From an uncultured Muribaculaceae bacterium (GTDB lineage: Bacteria > Bacillota_I > Bacilli_A > RF39 > UBA660), in the NCBI GenBank assembly GCA_964650315.1, contig CAZYQE010000001.1:78677-142676 (forward strand): a stretch of DNA of 64,000 nucleotides, given 5' to 3'. Below are positions 29,921-39,933 of this stretch, piece by piece. A model generated the notes under the pieces. It worked only from the letters and a program-made list of their open reading frames with translations. It had not been told where the DNA came from and did not search any database. The translations under genes and the position numbers were made by a program. Every line of letters begins with the position of its first letter. Within the stretch, counting starts at the first letter, position 1.

Positions 29921-30700
29921 ATGTCAAATTTAGACAAATACATATTAAGAGGTAAATTAATGATTACCGCATCAGTTGCCCTTATAATGATTGCTTCAGG
30001 TATAGAAATGTATCTATATGAACTTGAAGATCATAATGAATATAATATAAGTTATGAGAATGTTAATGTTAAAGATATGGCAACCGCAAATGTAGGTAAT
30101 AAAAAAGAAACTGAAAAAAGTGGTCTTACTGAAATAATTGATAATTATAATAAACAAATAAATAGTGAGACACCTAAAGAAGTTAATTTACCAGTAATAA
30201 ATAATAAAGAACAAATGATTCATTCTAAGACATGGTATTTACCTTGTGAAATGGGTGCTGTATCTGGAGGATTAGATTATTCTCATTATGCATTAGATAT
30301 AGTTAGTCCAAGAGGAGAAGCTGAAGCTATATATCCAGTTGCAGATGGTATTATTTCTAATATATATACTGATTATGCAGGAGCTTTAATAGTAACTGTA
30401 AATCATAATATAAATGGAAAACTATATACATCACAATATGTTCACTTATCTAGATATGAAGATGGAATATATGTAGGTAAACATGTAACTGTTAATGATA
30501 AGTTAGGTTATATGGGATCTACTGGTGTAGCTTATGGAACACATCTACATATAGCTTTACTTGATTGTAATTCATTTAGTAATGATGGTAGATGTGCTGA
30601 TTTAGGAAGTTTCTTTAACTATGGAAGAGTTAGATATACACAAGGATTTTATGGACTACAATCTGTAATGAATGTTCCACTTTCTTGGAATAAGAGATAA
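29921..30700 (+). CDS. M23 family metallopeptidase with N-terminal anchor
   Basis: HYALD (HxxxD), YVHL, GYMGSTG..THLH (HxH); likely ATG 29921. Confidence 0.88.
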   Translation: MSNLDKYILRGKLMITASVALIMIASGIEMYLYELEDHNEYNISYENVNVKDMATANVGNKKETEKSGLTEIIDNYNKQINSETPKEVNLPVINNKEQMIHSKTWYLPCEMGAVSGGLDYSHYALDIVSPRGEAEAIYPVADGIISNIYTDYAGALIVTVNHNINGKLYTSQYVHLSRYEDGIYVGKHVTVNDKLGYMGSTGVAYGTHLHIALLDCNSFSNDGRCADLGSFFNYGRVRYTQGFYGLQSVMNVPLSWNKR

Positions 30701-30739
30701 AATATTTGAAAATAATAAAAATAGTGTTATAATAAACAT

Positions 30740-30940
30740 GTAAATACAAAGACAAAGGACAAGATAAATTAAAAACTTTATAAAGAGAGTTCGTGGTTGG
30801 TGAAAACGAATTAAAGATTAATTTATTACTACCTTTCGAGTAGAATTATGAAAAGTAATTCCGGTAATGCCGTTATAAGATTAAGTTAAACAAAGGATGG
30901 TACCGTGCTTATGCACTCCTGTACTATCCTTTTTTATTTT
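30740..30940 (+). ncRNA. T-box riboswitch, threonine-specific
   Basis: Stem I with AGAGA and GGTTGGTGAAA loops, specifier ACT (30828-30830; ACC follows), AGTA box, GCCGTTA, antiterminator AGGA-TGGTACC-GTGC-ttat-GCAC-TCCT; thrS downstream. Confidence 0.92.
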
Positions 30941-30953
30941 ATGAGGTGTTTAT

Positions 30954-31445
30954 ATGGAGAAATTTAAAAAAATAGCAGTTGCTTTGGTTTATCCAGAAGG
31001 TACTGTAGATAAATGTATGATTTCTGACAAAAAGTATCATATAGAATACTTAAAGGAATTATTAAACTTTAATGAAAATTTGACAAACGCTGAAATAGAT
31101 TGGGAATTAATGAATAAAGGATTTGTAGTTTTATATAATATTAATTTGGATATAGAATCAGAAACACCAAGCCTTTTTGTAGAACTTCCAGGACAAATAG
31201 GAAGTGATAGTCAGTTAGATTTTATTGAAGAATTACATAAAACATATCCTCATAATAGACTTCATTATAGAAAATTAATTAAATTACCTGTGATTAAAAA
31301 ACAGATGGAGAAATTATTAGTAAAAGCTAATAAAATTAATCGTTATGATATGACCTGCGAATTAGAAGCAGATGATATTGAAAAATATATAAATGAACAA
31401 AGACAGATTCTAGAAAGCAATAAAAACAATTTAAAGAGGAAGTGA
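30954..31445 (+). CDS. Orphan protein (163 aa) between the T-box and thrS
   Basis: SD GAGGTG; no motif recognised. Confidence 0.65.
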   Translation: MEKFKKIAVALVYPEGTVDKCMISDKKYHIEYLKELLNFNENLTNAEIDWELMNKGFVVLYNINLDIESETPSLFVELPGQIGSDSQLDFIEELHKTYPHNRLHYRKLIKLPVIKKQMEKLLVKANKINRYDMTCELEADDIEKYINEQRQILESNKNNLKRK

Positions 31446-31449
31446 TTAT

Positions 31450-31635
31450 ATAAAATCTTTAGATGAAATTAAAGAGGAATTACGAGAACTTCATTTTGAA
31501 GAGTTTCGTGTTAAAAGAGGCACCGAAGAAGAAAAACAAGAAGTAAGAGAAAAATTAAAAAAATGTAGAAAAGAACTTGCAAAAGCAATGATAAAAGAAT
31601 ATGAACAAAAAGAAAATGGAGGAATGAAAAGATGA
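31450..31635 (+). CDS. Putative 61-aa charged helical ORF with ATA start, or a pseudogene that lost its ATG
   Basis: SD GAGGAAGTGA, then ATA AAA TCT TTA...; open to TGA overlapping the thrS ATG (ATGA); no in-frame ATG/GTG/TTG near the 5' end. Confidence 0.5.
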   Translation: MKSLDEIKEELRELHFEEFRVKRGTEEEKQEVREKLKKCRKELAKAMIKEYEQKENGGMKR

Positions 31636-33401
31636 TAAATATTAAAGAAGATGAAAAATTAAGTGTAATGAACCATTCATGTGCACATTTACTTGCGCAA
31701 GCTGTAAAGCATTTATATAAGGATGCTAAGTTTTGGGTTGGTCCTGTAATAGAAGAAGGTTTCTATTATGATATTGATTTAGGGGATCAAGTAATTACTG
31801 AAGAAGATTTACCTAAGATAGAAAAAGAAATGAAAAAGATTGCTAAAGATGGAAAAAGAATAGTAAGAAATGAAATTTCTAAAGAAGAAGCTTTAGAAAT
31901 GTTTAAAGATGATCCATATAAAATAGATTTAATATCTAGAATGGATGAGAATGAAAATGTAATTAGTTGTTATACTCAAGGAGATTTTACAGATTTATGT
32001 AGAGGACCTCACCTAGATACAGTTAAGAAATTAAAGAACTTTAAATTATTAAAAGTTAGTGGAGCTTATTGGAAAGGTGACGCTAAAAATAAAATGCTTC
32101 AAAGAATCTATGGTATTTGTTTTGAAACTCCAGAAGATTTAGAAAATCACTTACAAGAATTAGAAGAAGCAAAACAAAGGGATCATAGAAAAATAGGTAA
32201 AGAACAAGAATTATTTATGAATCATGAATTAGTTGGTTCTGGAATGCCTTTGTGGCTACCTAATGGGGCAATTATAAGAAAAGAATTAGAAAATTATATT
32301 TATGATAAAGAAAGAAAATTAGGATATGATCATGTATATACTCCATGTGTGGGAACATCTGATTTATATAAAACTTCTGGCCATTGGGATCATTATAAAG
32401 AAAATATGTTTCCTGTTATGAAAGTTGATGAAGAAGAATTTGTACTTAGACCAATGAATTGTCCACATCATATGCTAATTTATAAAAATAAAATTCATTC
32501 ATATAGAGATTTACCAATTAGAATAGGTGAATTTGCAACAGACTTTAGATATGAAGCTAGTGGGGCAGTTAAAGGATTAGAAAGAGTTCGTTGTATGTGT
32601 CAAAATGATGCACACTTATTTGTAACTCCTGAACAGATAGGAGAAGAGTTTAAAAAAGTAGTTCATTTAATATTAGAGTGTTATAAAGATTTTGGTATAA
32701 AAAAATATAAGTTCAGATTATCATTAAGAGATCCAGAAGATAAGGAAAAATACTATGATGATGATAAAATGTGGGATGAAGCAGAACAAAAACTAAGAGA
32801 AGTATTAGATGAGTTAGAAGTACCATATTTTGAAGCAGTAGGAGAAGCAGCTTTCTATGGACCTAAACTTGATGTAGAAGTAAAACCGGCTGTTGGACCA
32901 GAAGTGACATTATCAACTTGTCAACTTGATTTCTTGCTACCAAGAAAATTTGAATTATCATATATTGATAATAAAGGAGAGAAGCAAGTGCCTGTTGTAA
33001 TACATAGAGCTATATATGGAACTTTTGATAGGTTTACAGCTTTCTATATAGAAGAAACTAAAGGAGCTTTTCCAACATGGTTAGCACCTATTCAAGTTAG
33101 AGTTATCCCTGTTAATGCTGAGTTCCAAGGAGAATATGCAGAAAAAGTATATGATTTATTACATAAAGAAGGTATAAGAGTAGAATTAGATAATCGTAAT
33201 GAAAAACTAGGTTATAGATTAAGAGAAGCACAAACTTCTAAAGTACCATATACTTTAATACTAGGAGATAAAGAAAAAGATAGTAACTCTATAAGTTATA
33301 GATTGCATGGAGAAAAAGATACTACTACAGTTAAGGTTGATGAGTTTGTTGATTTAATTAAAAATGAAATAGAAACTAAGCAAAGAATATCTAACAAATA
33401 G
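31632..33401 (+). CDS. thrS: Threonine--tRNA ligase (short form lacking the TGS domain)
   Basis: [43 protein letters not shown]. Confidence 0.98.
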   Translation: MINIKEDEKLSVMNHSCAHLLAQAVKHLYKDAKFWVGPVIEEGFYYDIDLGDQVITEEDLPKIEKEMKKIAKDGKRIVRNEISKEEALEMFKDDPYKIDLISRMDENENVISCYTQGDFTDLCRGPHLDTVKKLKNFKLLKVSGAYWKGDAKNKMLQRIYGICFETPEDLENHLQELEEAKQRDHRKIGKEQELFMNHELVGSGMPLWLPNGAIIRKELENYIYDKERKLGYDHVYTPCVGTSDLYKTSGHWDHYKENMFPVMKVDEEEFVLRPMNCPHHMLIYKNKIHSYRDLPIRIGEFATDFRYEASGAVKGLERVRCMCQNDAHLFVTPEQIGEEFKKVVHLILECYKDFGIKKYKFRLSLRDPEDKEKYYDDDKMWDEAEQKLREVLDELEVPYFEAVGEAAFYGPKLDVEVKPAVGPEVTLSTCQLDFLLPRKFELSYIDNKGEKQVPVVIHRAIYGTFDRFTAFYIEETKGAFPTWLAPIQVRVIPVNAEFQGEYAEKVYDLLHKEGIRVELDNRNEKLGYRLREAQTSKVPYTLILGDKEKDSNSISYRLHGEKDTTTVKVDEFVDLIKNEIETKQRISNK

Positions 33402-33470
33402 TTAGATATTTTTTTTGACTTATAACGTAAAATATGTTATAATAGCAGAGCTTTAAAGGGGGATAATATC

Positions 33471-35084
33471 ATGAGTAAAAATGGCTATAGAAGTATGAGA
33501 AACAAAAATAGATATCATAAACATAAACATCATAATATTAGTCAAAGAGAAAAGGAACAAAAAAAGAAAAATAAATATAATTCTATTAAAAAATTAGTTC
33601 AAGAACGTAAATATCCTAAAGCTTTAGGGGAAATAGAAGATTATTTATATGAATATCATGATGATGAATATGGTATAAACTTATATGTAACTATTTTAAT
33701 TGGATTAAATAAAGAAGAAGAAGCTAAAAAACAAGTAAAAAGATTAATACATATGGATTCTGATAATCAATATAGTGCCATGTATAAAATAGGTAATTTA
33801 GAAAAGAAAAATGGTAATATAGAAAAAGCAGAAAGTCTTTATAAAAAAGTAATTAAAGAAAGTCCATATAATGAAGGATTAACTAAAGTATCTTTAGCTC
33901 AAATTTATAAAGAAGATTGTAAAATAGAAAAAGCTAAAGAAATATTATTAAGTGTAAAAGATGAACATCAAGGTGCAGCTCTTTTAGAACTATCAAATAT
34001 TGCTTTAGAAGAAAGTAAAACAATAGATGCATTTAATTATGTTAGTCAAATTAAAGAAACTGATAGTAATATATTTAATCGTAGAGTACTTATTCAAAAA
34101 GGTAATATAGAAGCAGCTTTTAATAATTATGATTTAGCTAAAGAGTATTATGAAAATTCTTTAAGTGGTCCTAGAGATAATGTTTATCGTACTTCAATGT
34201 TAAAGCTAATGGAATTAGAAATGGAATTTGAGAATTACGATAAAGCTTTAAATATATGCGATGAATTACTTCAAAAAGGAGAAGTTATAAATGGTGAGAT
34301 ATATCTAGCTAAAGGACAAATATATACAAAGATGAATGAATATGAAGTAGCTAGACAATATTATGAGAAATCTAAAACAGATGCCAATAAAGAAAAGAAA
34401 GATGGTAAGATAGCTTTTAATATGGGAATGTTAGATTTTAAAGAAGGAAAGTTTAATGATGCAGCTAGTAATCTTATTAAATCAAGTCATAATAGAAGAT
34501 ATAGAAAACCTTCAATAATTAATTTAATATATATTCATATAAGAAAAAAAGATTTTAAAAATGCTAATTATTATTATGAAAAAGCTATAAAAGAATCTAT
34601 CTTTTCTAAAGATAAAGAAGAAGCTTTAAAAATAAAAGTAATATTAGATAAAGAAAGAAATAAACATATTAAGTTAGAAGATTCATATTCTTATAGTTTA
34701 GGTCAATATATTAATTATGATGAAAAAGAAGCTTATGAACACATAGAAAAGAATCATTATGGAGAAGATTTTGATAGATCAGTATTTAATGATGATATTA
34801 ATTTAGAAGAATTAATATTAGATGTTAAAACTAAAATAGTCCCTGAAAAAAGAGAACTTCAAGGGCTAGCTGATTGTTATTATATAGAAATGGATAATGT
34901 AGGTAAGACTAGAGAAGGGGAAGAATGTAATGTTATTAAAGTAATAGTAATACCTGATACTAGAAACATTATAACTATGTATCCAATTTCTAATAGATAT
35001 GGTGAAGAAAGAAAGAAAGAAAAACCTAAAGTTAAGAAGATGTCACGTATAGAAATGTTTAATAAAAAGTATAATTTAGACTAA
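33471..35084 (+). CDS. TPR-repeat protein with C-terminal putative nuclease-like domain
   Basis: TPR units (AMYKIGNLEKKNGNIEKAESLYKKVI; IYLAKGQIYTKMNEYEVARQYYEKS); C-terminal HIEKNH..SVF..VG..VIVIPDTRNIITMYP. Confidence 0.75.
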   Translation: MSKNGYRSMRNKNRYHKHKHHNISQREKEQKKKNKYNSIKKLVQERKYPKALGEIEDYLYEYHDDEYGINLYVTILIGLNKEEEAKKQVKRLIHMDSDNQYSAMYKIGNLEKKNGNIEKAESLYKKVIKESPYNEGLTKVSLAQIYKEDCKIEKAKEILLSVKDEHQGAALLELSNIALEESKTIDAFNYVSQIKETDSNIFNRRVLIQKGNIEAAFNNYDLAKEYYENSLSGPRDNVYRTSMLKLMELEMEFENYDKALNICDELLQKGEVINGEIYLAKGQIYTKMNEYEVARQYYEKSKTDANKEKKDGKIAFNMGMLDFKEGKFNDAASNLIKSSHNRRYRKPSIINLIYIHIRKKDFKNANYYYEKAIKESIFSKDKEEALKIKVILDKERNKHIKLEDSYSYSLGQYINYDEKEAYEHIEKNHYGEDFDRSVFNDDINLEELILDVKTKIVPEKRELQGLADCYYIEMDNVGKTREGEECNVIKVIVIPDTRNIITMYPISNRYGEERKKEKPKVKKMSRIEMFNKKYNLD

Positions 35085-35190
35085 GTTAGCTAAGGCTAAC
35101 TTATTTTTTTGTAAAGAAGTGTAAAATTTTAAAAAACTTTTTATTTCGTATTTACTTTTTCTTTTATATTCGGTAGAATATAATTAGTCA

Positions 35191-35216
35191 GTGGTGACAA
35201 GTGGTAGAAAGTGGGG
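35191..35216 (+). promoter_or_regulatory. MraZ-binding direct repeats
   Basis: GTGGTG, GTGGTA and GTGGGG at a 10-bp period immediately 5' of mraZ. Confidence 0.8.
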
Positions 35217-35223
35217 GATTTCT

Positions 35224-35661
35224 ATGTTTATGGGTGAGTATCATCATACTATTGATGATAAGGGAAGACTTATAATTCCTTCTAAATTTAGAAAAGATTT
35301 AGGGAACGAATTCATTATAACTCGTGGTATTGAACATTGTCTTTTTGTTTACCCTAAAAAATCTTTTGACAAGATAGTAGATAAACTAGAAACTCTACCT
35401 TTTACTAAGAAAGATGCACGTAGTTTTAATCGTTTCATTTTATCTGGTGCCACTGTGGCGGGATTTGATAAGCAAGGTCGTATTAATATTACCTCCCCTT
35501 TAATCTCTTATTCTGACCTCAAGAAAGATTGTGTTGTTATTGGAGTAGGAGATCGGTTAGAAATATGGTCTTTAGATTCATGGAATGCTTATTTTGATTC
35601 TGCTAAGGACAACATGTCTGACATAGCTGAAAATTTATTTGATGCGAGCGTCGATCTATAA
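35224..35661 (+). CDS. mraZ: dcw cluster repressor MraZ
   Basis: MFMGEYHHTIDDKGRLIIP, DKQGRI, GVGDRLEIW; ATG 35224. Confidence 0.97.
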   Translation: MFMGEYHHTIDDKGRLIIPSKFRKDLGNEFIITRGIEHCLFVYPKKSFDKIVDKLETLPFTKKDARSFNRFILSGATVAGFDKQGRINITSPLISYSDLKKDCVVIGVGDRLEIWSLDSWNAYFDSAKDNMSDIAENLFDASVDL

Positions 35662-36590
35662 TGGAAAAACATATTAGTGTGCTTAAGAACGAATCTATTG
35701 AAGCGTTAAACTTAAAAGAAGATAGTATTGTTGTAGATTGTACATTAGGCTATGGTGGACACAGTAGTTGCATCTTGAAAAGAATATCTAGGGGGCACTT
35801 ATTCGCCTTCGACCAAGATAGTGAAGCAATTCGGCATAGTACTGATAGACTTAAGTCTATTGGTACTAACTTCACTATCATTAAAAGTAACTTTAAGAAT
35901 TTAAAGGAAGAGTTAAATAAAAAAGATGTATACAAAGTAGATAGTATTTTATTTGATTTAGGAGTATCTTCTCCACAACTAGATGATTCTAGTAGAGGTT
36001 TCTCATATCATAAAGATGCACCACTTGATATGAGAATGGATAAAGATAATCCTATAAGTGCAAAGAAAATTGTTAATAACTATTCCAAAGAAGAATTAAC
36101 TAATATATTTAGTAAGTATGGAGAAGCTAAGTTTGCTAGAAACATAGCTAAGAAAATAGTAGAATATAGAGAAGAAAAAGAAATAGAATCTACTTTGGAA
36201 TTAGTTGATATTATAAAGACTGCTGTACCTATGAAATTTAGAGTAGATAAGCATCCAGCTAAACAAATATTCCAAGCTATAAGAATAGAAGTAAATAAAG
36301 AATTAGATGTTATTCCTATAGCCTTAGAACAGGCTCTAGATTTAATTAAAGTAGGAGGAAGAATTGCAGTAATTACATTTCATTCTCTAGAAGATAGAGT
36401 TGTAAAGAAATTATTTAAAGAAAAAGTTATGGTAGATAAAAAAGTACAAGGACTACCAAATATACCAGAAGAATATCTGCCTAGTTTTAAATTGGTAGTT
36501 AATAAGGCTATAAAGCCAAGTGAAGATGAGATTAAAAATAATCCACGCTCTAGAAGTGCAAAACTTAGAGTGATAGAAAAAATAAGATAG
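35661..36590 (+). CDS. rsmH: 16S rRNA m4C1402 methyltransferase
   Basis: DCTLGYGGHS, DLGVSSPQLD, ITFHSLEDR, NPRSRSAKLR. Confidence 0.97.
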   Translation: MEKHISVLKNESIEALNLKEDSIVVDCTLGYGGHSSCILKRISRGHLFAFDQDSEAIRHSTDRLKSIGTNFTIIKSNFKNLKEELNKKDVYKVDSILFDLGVSSPQLDDSSRGFSYHKDAPLDMRMDKDNPISAKKIVNNYSKEELTNIFSKYGEAKFARNIAKKIVEYREEKEIESTLELVDIIKTAVPMKFRVDKHPAKQIFQAIRIEVNKELDVIPIALEQALDLIKVGGRIAVITFHSLEDRVVKKLFKEKVMVDKKVQGLPNIPEEYLPSFKLVVNKAIKPSEDEIKNNPRSRSAKLRVIEKIR

Positions 36591-36605
36591 AAAGGGAGAT
36601 TAAAT

Positions 36606-36905
36606 ATGAGAAAAGTAAAGAAGAGGTTAAAAATGTCAAAATTTGAAAGATTAATTTATACTTTAGCAATTTTTTTATTGGTAATATCTCCAGTATCTAT
36701 AGTTTTTTCTAAAGCAACACTTGCTAATGTTAACTATCAAGTGGAAAAACAAAAACAAAAGATAGAAAAACAACAAAAGACTAACGAAAGTTTATCTATG
36801 ACTATAAATGAATTAGCCTCACTTACAAAAATACAAGAAGTTGCACAAACGGAAGGATTGAGTTATAATAATAATAATATAAAGACAGTAACTGAGGATA
36901 AATAG
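36606..36905 (+). CDS. ftsL: Cell division protein FtsL
   Basis: Basic N-terminus, TM, coiled coil; between rsmH and the PBP gene. Confidence 0.8.
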   Translation: MRKVKKRLKMSKFERLIYTLAIFLLVISPVSIVFSKATLANVNYQVEKQKQKIEKQQKTNESLSMTINELASLTKIQEVAQTEGLSYNNNNIKTVTEDK

Positions 36906-36920
36906 GACGTGATTTAGTTT

Positions 36921-39065
36921 ATGAAAAAGAAAAAGAGAAATAATATAAAATATTCTAAACTTGTTATACTATTTTCTCTTTTTTTGTTTGCTATAATGAT
37001 CTTAAGATTAGTACAATTAGGACTATCTACAAATATAGATGGAATTAATCTAAAAAAATTAGCTAGTCAGAGAACTACTAAAAAAGAAATAATACCATCT
37101 GAAAGAGGAAGTATTTATTCTAGAAATAAGGATGCTTTAGCACAAAATGTTGCGTCATATAAACTAATTGCTTATTTAGATCCTAAAAGAACTACTAATA
37201 AGAAAAAACCACAACATGTAATTAATAAAGAAGAAACTGCAGAAGCATTAGCTCCTATACTTGGAATGTCTAAAGTAGAAATATTAAAGAAATTAAATAA
37301 ACAAGGGGTATATCAAACAGAATTTGGTTCTAAAGGTAGAGGTTTAAATGAAATTACTAAGAACAAAATAATGGATTTAAATTTACCAGGATTAGATTTT
37401 GTAGAAAGTTATAAGAGATATTATCCTAAAGGAGATTTTGCTTCATATACAATTGGTTATGCTAGAACTTCTGTAGATGACAATAATAATGAAAATACTA
37501 CAGGAGAGATGGGAATAGAAAAATATTATGATAAGATATTACGAGGAGAAGAAGGATATGTAGCTTATCAGAAGGATTTAAAAGGTTATAAGATTGCTGA
37601 TACTAAAGAAGATAAAAAAGAAGCTACACAAGGAAAAGATATATATTTAACAATAGATAGTAATATACAGTTCTTTGTAGAACAAGCTATTAAAACTGCA
37701 GAAAGTACTTATGGATTTGAATGGTTCCATATTACTATAATGGATGCTAAAACAGGAGCAATACTCGCAACTTCAACTGCACCATCTTTTGATCCAAATA
37801 AAAAAGATATGAAAAATTATTTAGATTATTTAGTATCTTCACCATATGAACCAGGTTCAACTATGAAAACATTTACTTATATGGCTGCTATGGAAAATGG
37901 TGTTTATAATGGTGCAGAAACATATCACTCAGGAGTATATAAAACTAAAGATGGAACAGAAATCGGTGACTGGAATCGTACTGGTTGGGGAGATCTATCT
38001 TTTGATAAAGGTTATGCCATGAGTAGTAACGTTGGAGTTATTAATTTAATTAATCGTCATATGAATAGTATTATGTTAAGAAAATACTTTAAAAGATTAG
38101 GTTTTGGTAGAAAAACAGGTATAACTTTACCATCAGAAGATGCTGGTAGTATAGATTTTAAATATGAAACAGAAATATATAATGCTGGATTTGGTCAAGG
38201 TATAACTACAACTCCAATTCAAAATGTAAAAGCATTATCGCCACTTACTAATGATGGAATGGTACTAGAACCATATATAGTAGAAAAAATAGTAGATCCA
38301 GATACTAAAGAAGTTGTTTTAAAGAATAAAAGAAAAACTATTGAAAGAGTAGCATCTTCACAGACTGTTGCAAAGATGAATAGTTTAATGAATGATTGTG
38401 TTAATGGTTTAGGTAATACTGGTAGTGGATATAGAATTCCTAGTGGAGAACTAATAGGTAAAACAGGAACTGCCCAAATAGCTAAAAAACATGGTGCAGG
38501 ATACCAAGAAGGAAAAGAAAATGTTATTTCTTCTTTTGCTGGAGTATATCCAAAAAGTGATCCGCAAATAATTATATATGCTTCAGTAAAAAAACCAGGT
38601 GGAGGTAGTCAAACTCCAATATCTAATGCTGTTAAAGATATAGTTAATAATATTTCTAAATACTATGGTCATGATAAAAATGAAAAAGCAATAGAAGTAA
38701 AAGATTATAAGTTACCTAGTTTAATAAATAAAAAACTAGAAACAGCTAAAAATATATTAAATAATAATGGTATTAAATACCAAGTAATTGGTAATGGAGT
38801 AAAAGTAATAAAACAATATCCAGATGCCAAAAAAGTAATTACTAATAAAGATATAGTCTATTTAATCACAAATGATTCGCACCAAAAAGTACCTAATGTA
38901 AAAGGTCTATCTTCTAAGGTAGCTAAAAACATATTAGAATTATTAGGTATTAAAGTAAAATTAGATGGAGTAGGTTATGTTACAAATCAAAGTATTAATC
39001 CTAATACTGAAATAAATAAAGGTATGGAAATAAAACTAACATTAAAACCTAAATTTTCTAGTTAG
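36921..39065 (+). CDS. pbpB: Class B division penicillin-binding protein (PBP2B/2X type) with two PASTA domains
   Basis: ERGSIY, EPGSTMK (SxxK), SSN (SxN), KTGT, PASTA repeats; dcw position. Confidence 0.9.
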   Translation: MKKKKRNNIKYSKLVILFSLFLFAIMILRLVQLGLSTNIDGINLKKLASQRTTKKEIIPSERGSIYSRNKDALAQNVASYKLIAYLDPKRTTNKKKPQHVINKEETAEALAPILGMSKVEILKKLNKQGVYQTEFGSKGRGLNEITKNKIMDLNLPGLDFVESYKRYYPKGDFASYTIGYARTSVDDNNNENTTGEMGIEKYYDKILRGEEGYVAYQKDLKGYKIADTKEDKKEATQGKDIYLTIDSNIQFFVEQAIKTAESTYGFEWFHITIMDAKTGAILATSTAPSFDPNKKDMKNYLDYLVSSPYEPGSTMKTFTYMAAMENGVYNGAETYHSGVYKTKDGTEIGDWNRTGWGDLSFDKGYAMSSNVGVINLINRHMNSIMLRKYFKRLGFGRKTGITLPSEDAGSIDFKYETEIYNAGFGQGITTTPIQNVKALSPLTNDGMVLEPYIVEKIVDPDTKEVVLKNKRKTIERVASSQTVAKMNSLMNDCVNGLGNTGSGYRIPSGELIGKTGTAQIAKKHGAGYQEGKENVISSFAGVYPKSDPQIIIYASVKKPGGGSQTPISNAVKDIVNNISKYYGHDKNEKAIEVKDYKLPSLINKKLETAKNILNNNGIKYQVIGNGVKVIKQYPDAKKVITNKDIVYLITNDSHQKVPNVKGLSSKVAKNILELLGIKVKLDGVGYVTNQSINPNTEINKGMEIKLTLKPKFSS

Positions 39066-39077
39066 GGGTAATAGTAT

Positions 39078-39932
39078 ATGAAAAAAAGTATATTAAAAAT
39101 AGTAATAATATTAATATGTATATTTGGATTTATAGTTTACTATTCAATGAAAACACTCCCAAAAGAATTAAAAAAATATGGATTAGAAAATTATTTTTAT
39201 TATAAAAATTATAGTACAATGATAGAATTTAATTATGATAAGGGAGAAGATTTTGCTATTGTTTTAGATAAAAATAATAAAGTTATAACTACTTTTTGTT
39301 TTAATAATAAATCAATAGTAATATCTAAATTAAAACTAAATAAGAAAGATTATAAAACTTCTATTAATAAAATATTGAATAAGTTATATAAACAAAAAAG
39401 AACAAATAAAGAGTTAACTATAACTATATATGATAATTATAAATTATTAGAAAAAATAGAAAAAATTATAAACAAACAACATAAAAAGAATAATCTAAGT
39501 ATTAAGATTATAAAGAAGAAAAGTAAATTAATACATAAAGCTAAAAGTTTAAAGATAAAAGCAAAAACAAATAATAAAATATTAATAGAGCTTAGTGTTA
39601 AATCTTCAGAGATAATTAATAATAAAAATAAAGAAGATATATCTAAAGAAAAAATACTAACTAAAGAGAGTGCTAAAGAATATTCTGATATAGTATATGA
39701 TAAATTACTTAAATATCAATCATCTAATAATATATTAAACCAAGATATTAAAAATAATAATATAAAGATAGATACTATCCCAGCTAAGGATAATTATTAT
39801 CCTACTTCTGATAGTTGGTATTATATAAAAGATGGATTAGTATATGCATATATAAAATATAGTTATAAGAATAATATTTTTGAATCTTGTTATTCGGGAT
39901 CTAAAGATAAATATAAAGAGGGGAAGTGCTAA
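39078..39932 (+). CDS. Membrane-anchored Lys-rich hypothetical protein; weak resemblance to the RsgI extracytoplasmic domain
   Basis: N-terminal TM; AIVLDKNNKVITTFCFNNKS..INKIL pattern; family call tentative. Confidence 0.55.
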   Translation: MKKSILKIVIILICIFGFIVYYSMKTLPKELKKYGLENYFYYKNYSTMIEFNYDKGEDFAIVLDKNNKVITTFCFNNKSIVISKLKLNKKDYKTSINKILNKLYKQKRTNKELTITIYDNYKLLEKIEKIINKQHKKNNLSIKIIKKKSKLIHKAKSLKIKAKTNNKILIELSVKSSEIINNKNKEDISKEKILTKESAKEYSDIVYDKLLKYQSSNNILNQDIKNNNIKIDTIPAKDNYYPTSDSWYYIKDGLVYAYIKYSYKNNIFESCYSGSKDKYKEGKC

Positions 39933-39933
39933 T

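Noticed and set aside
31430-31436. In-phase T-TTA-AAG slippery heptamer at the end of the 163-aa ORF as a programmed -1 frameshift
   Set aside because: The -1 frame stops within a few codons (GTG ATT ATA TAA); the 61-aa ORF is in the +1 frame.
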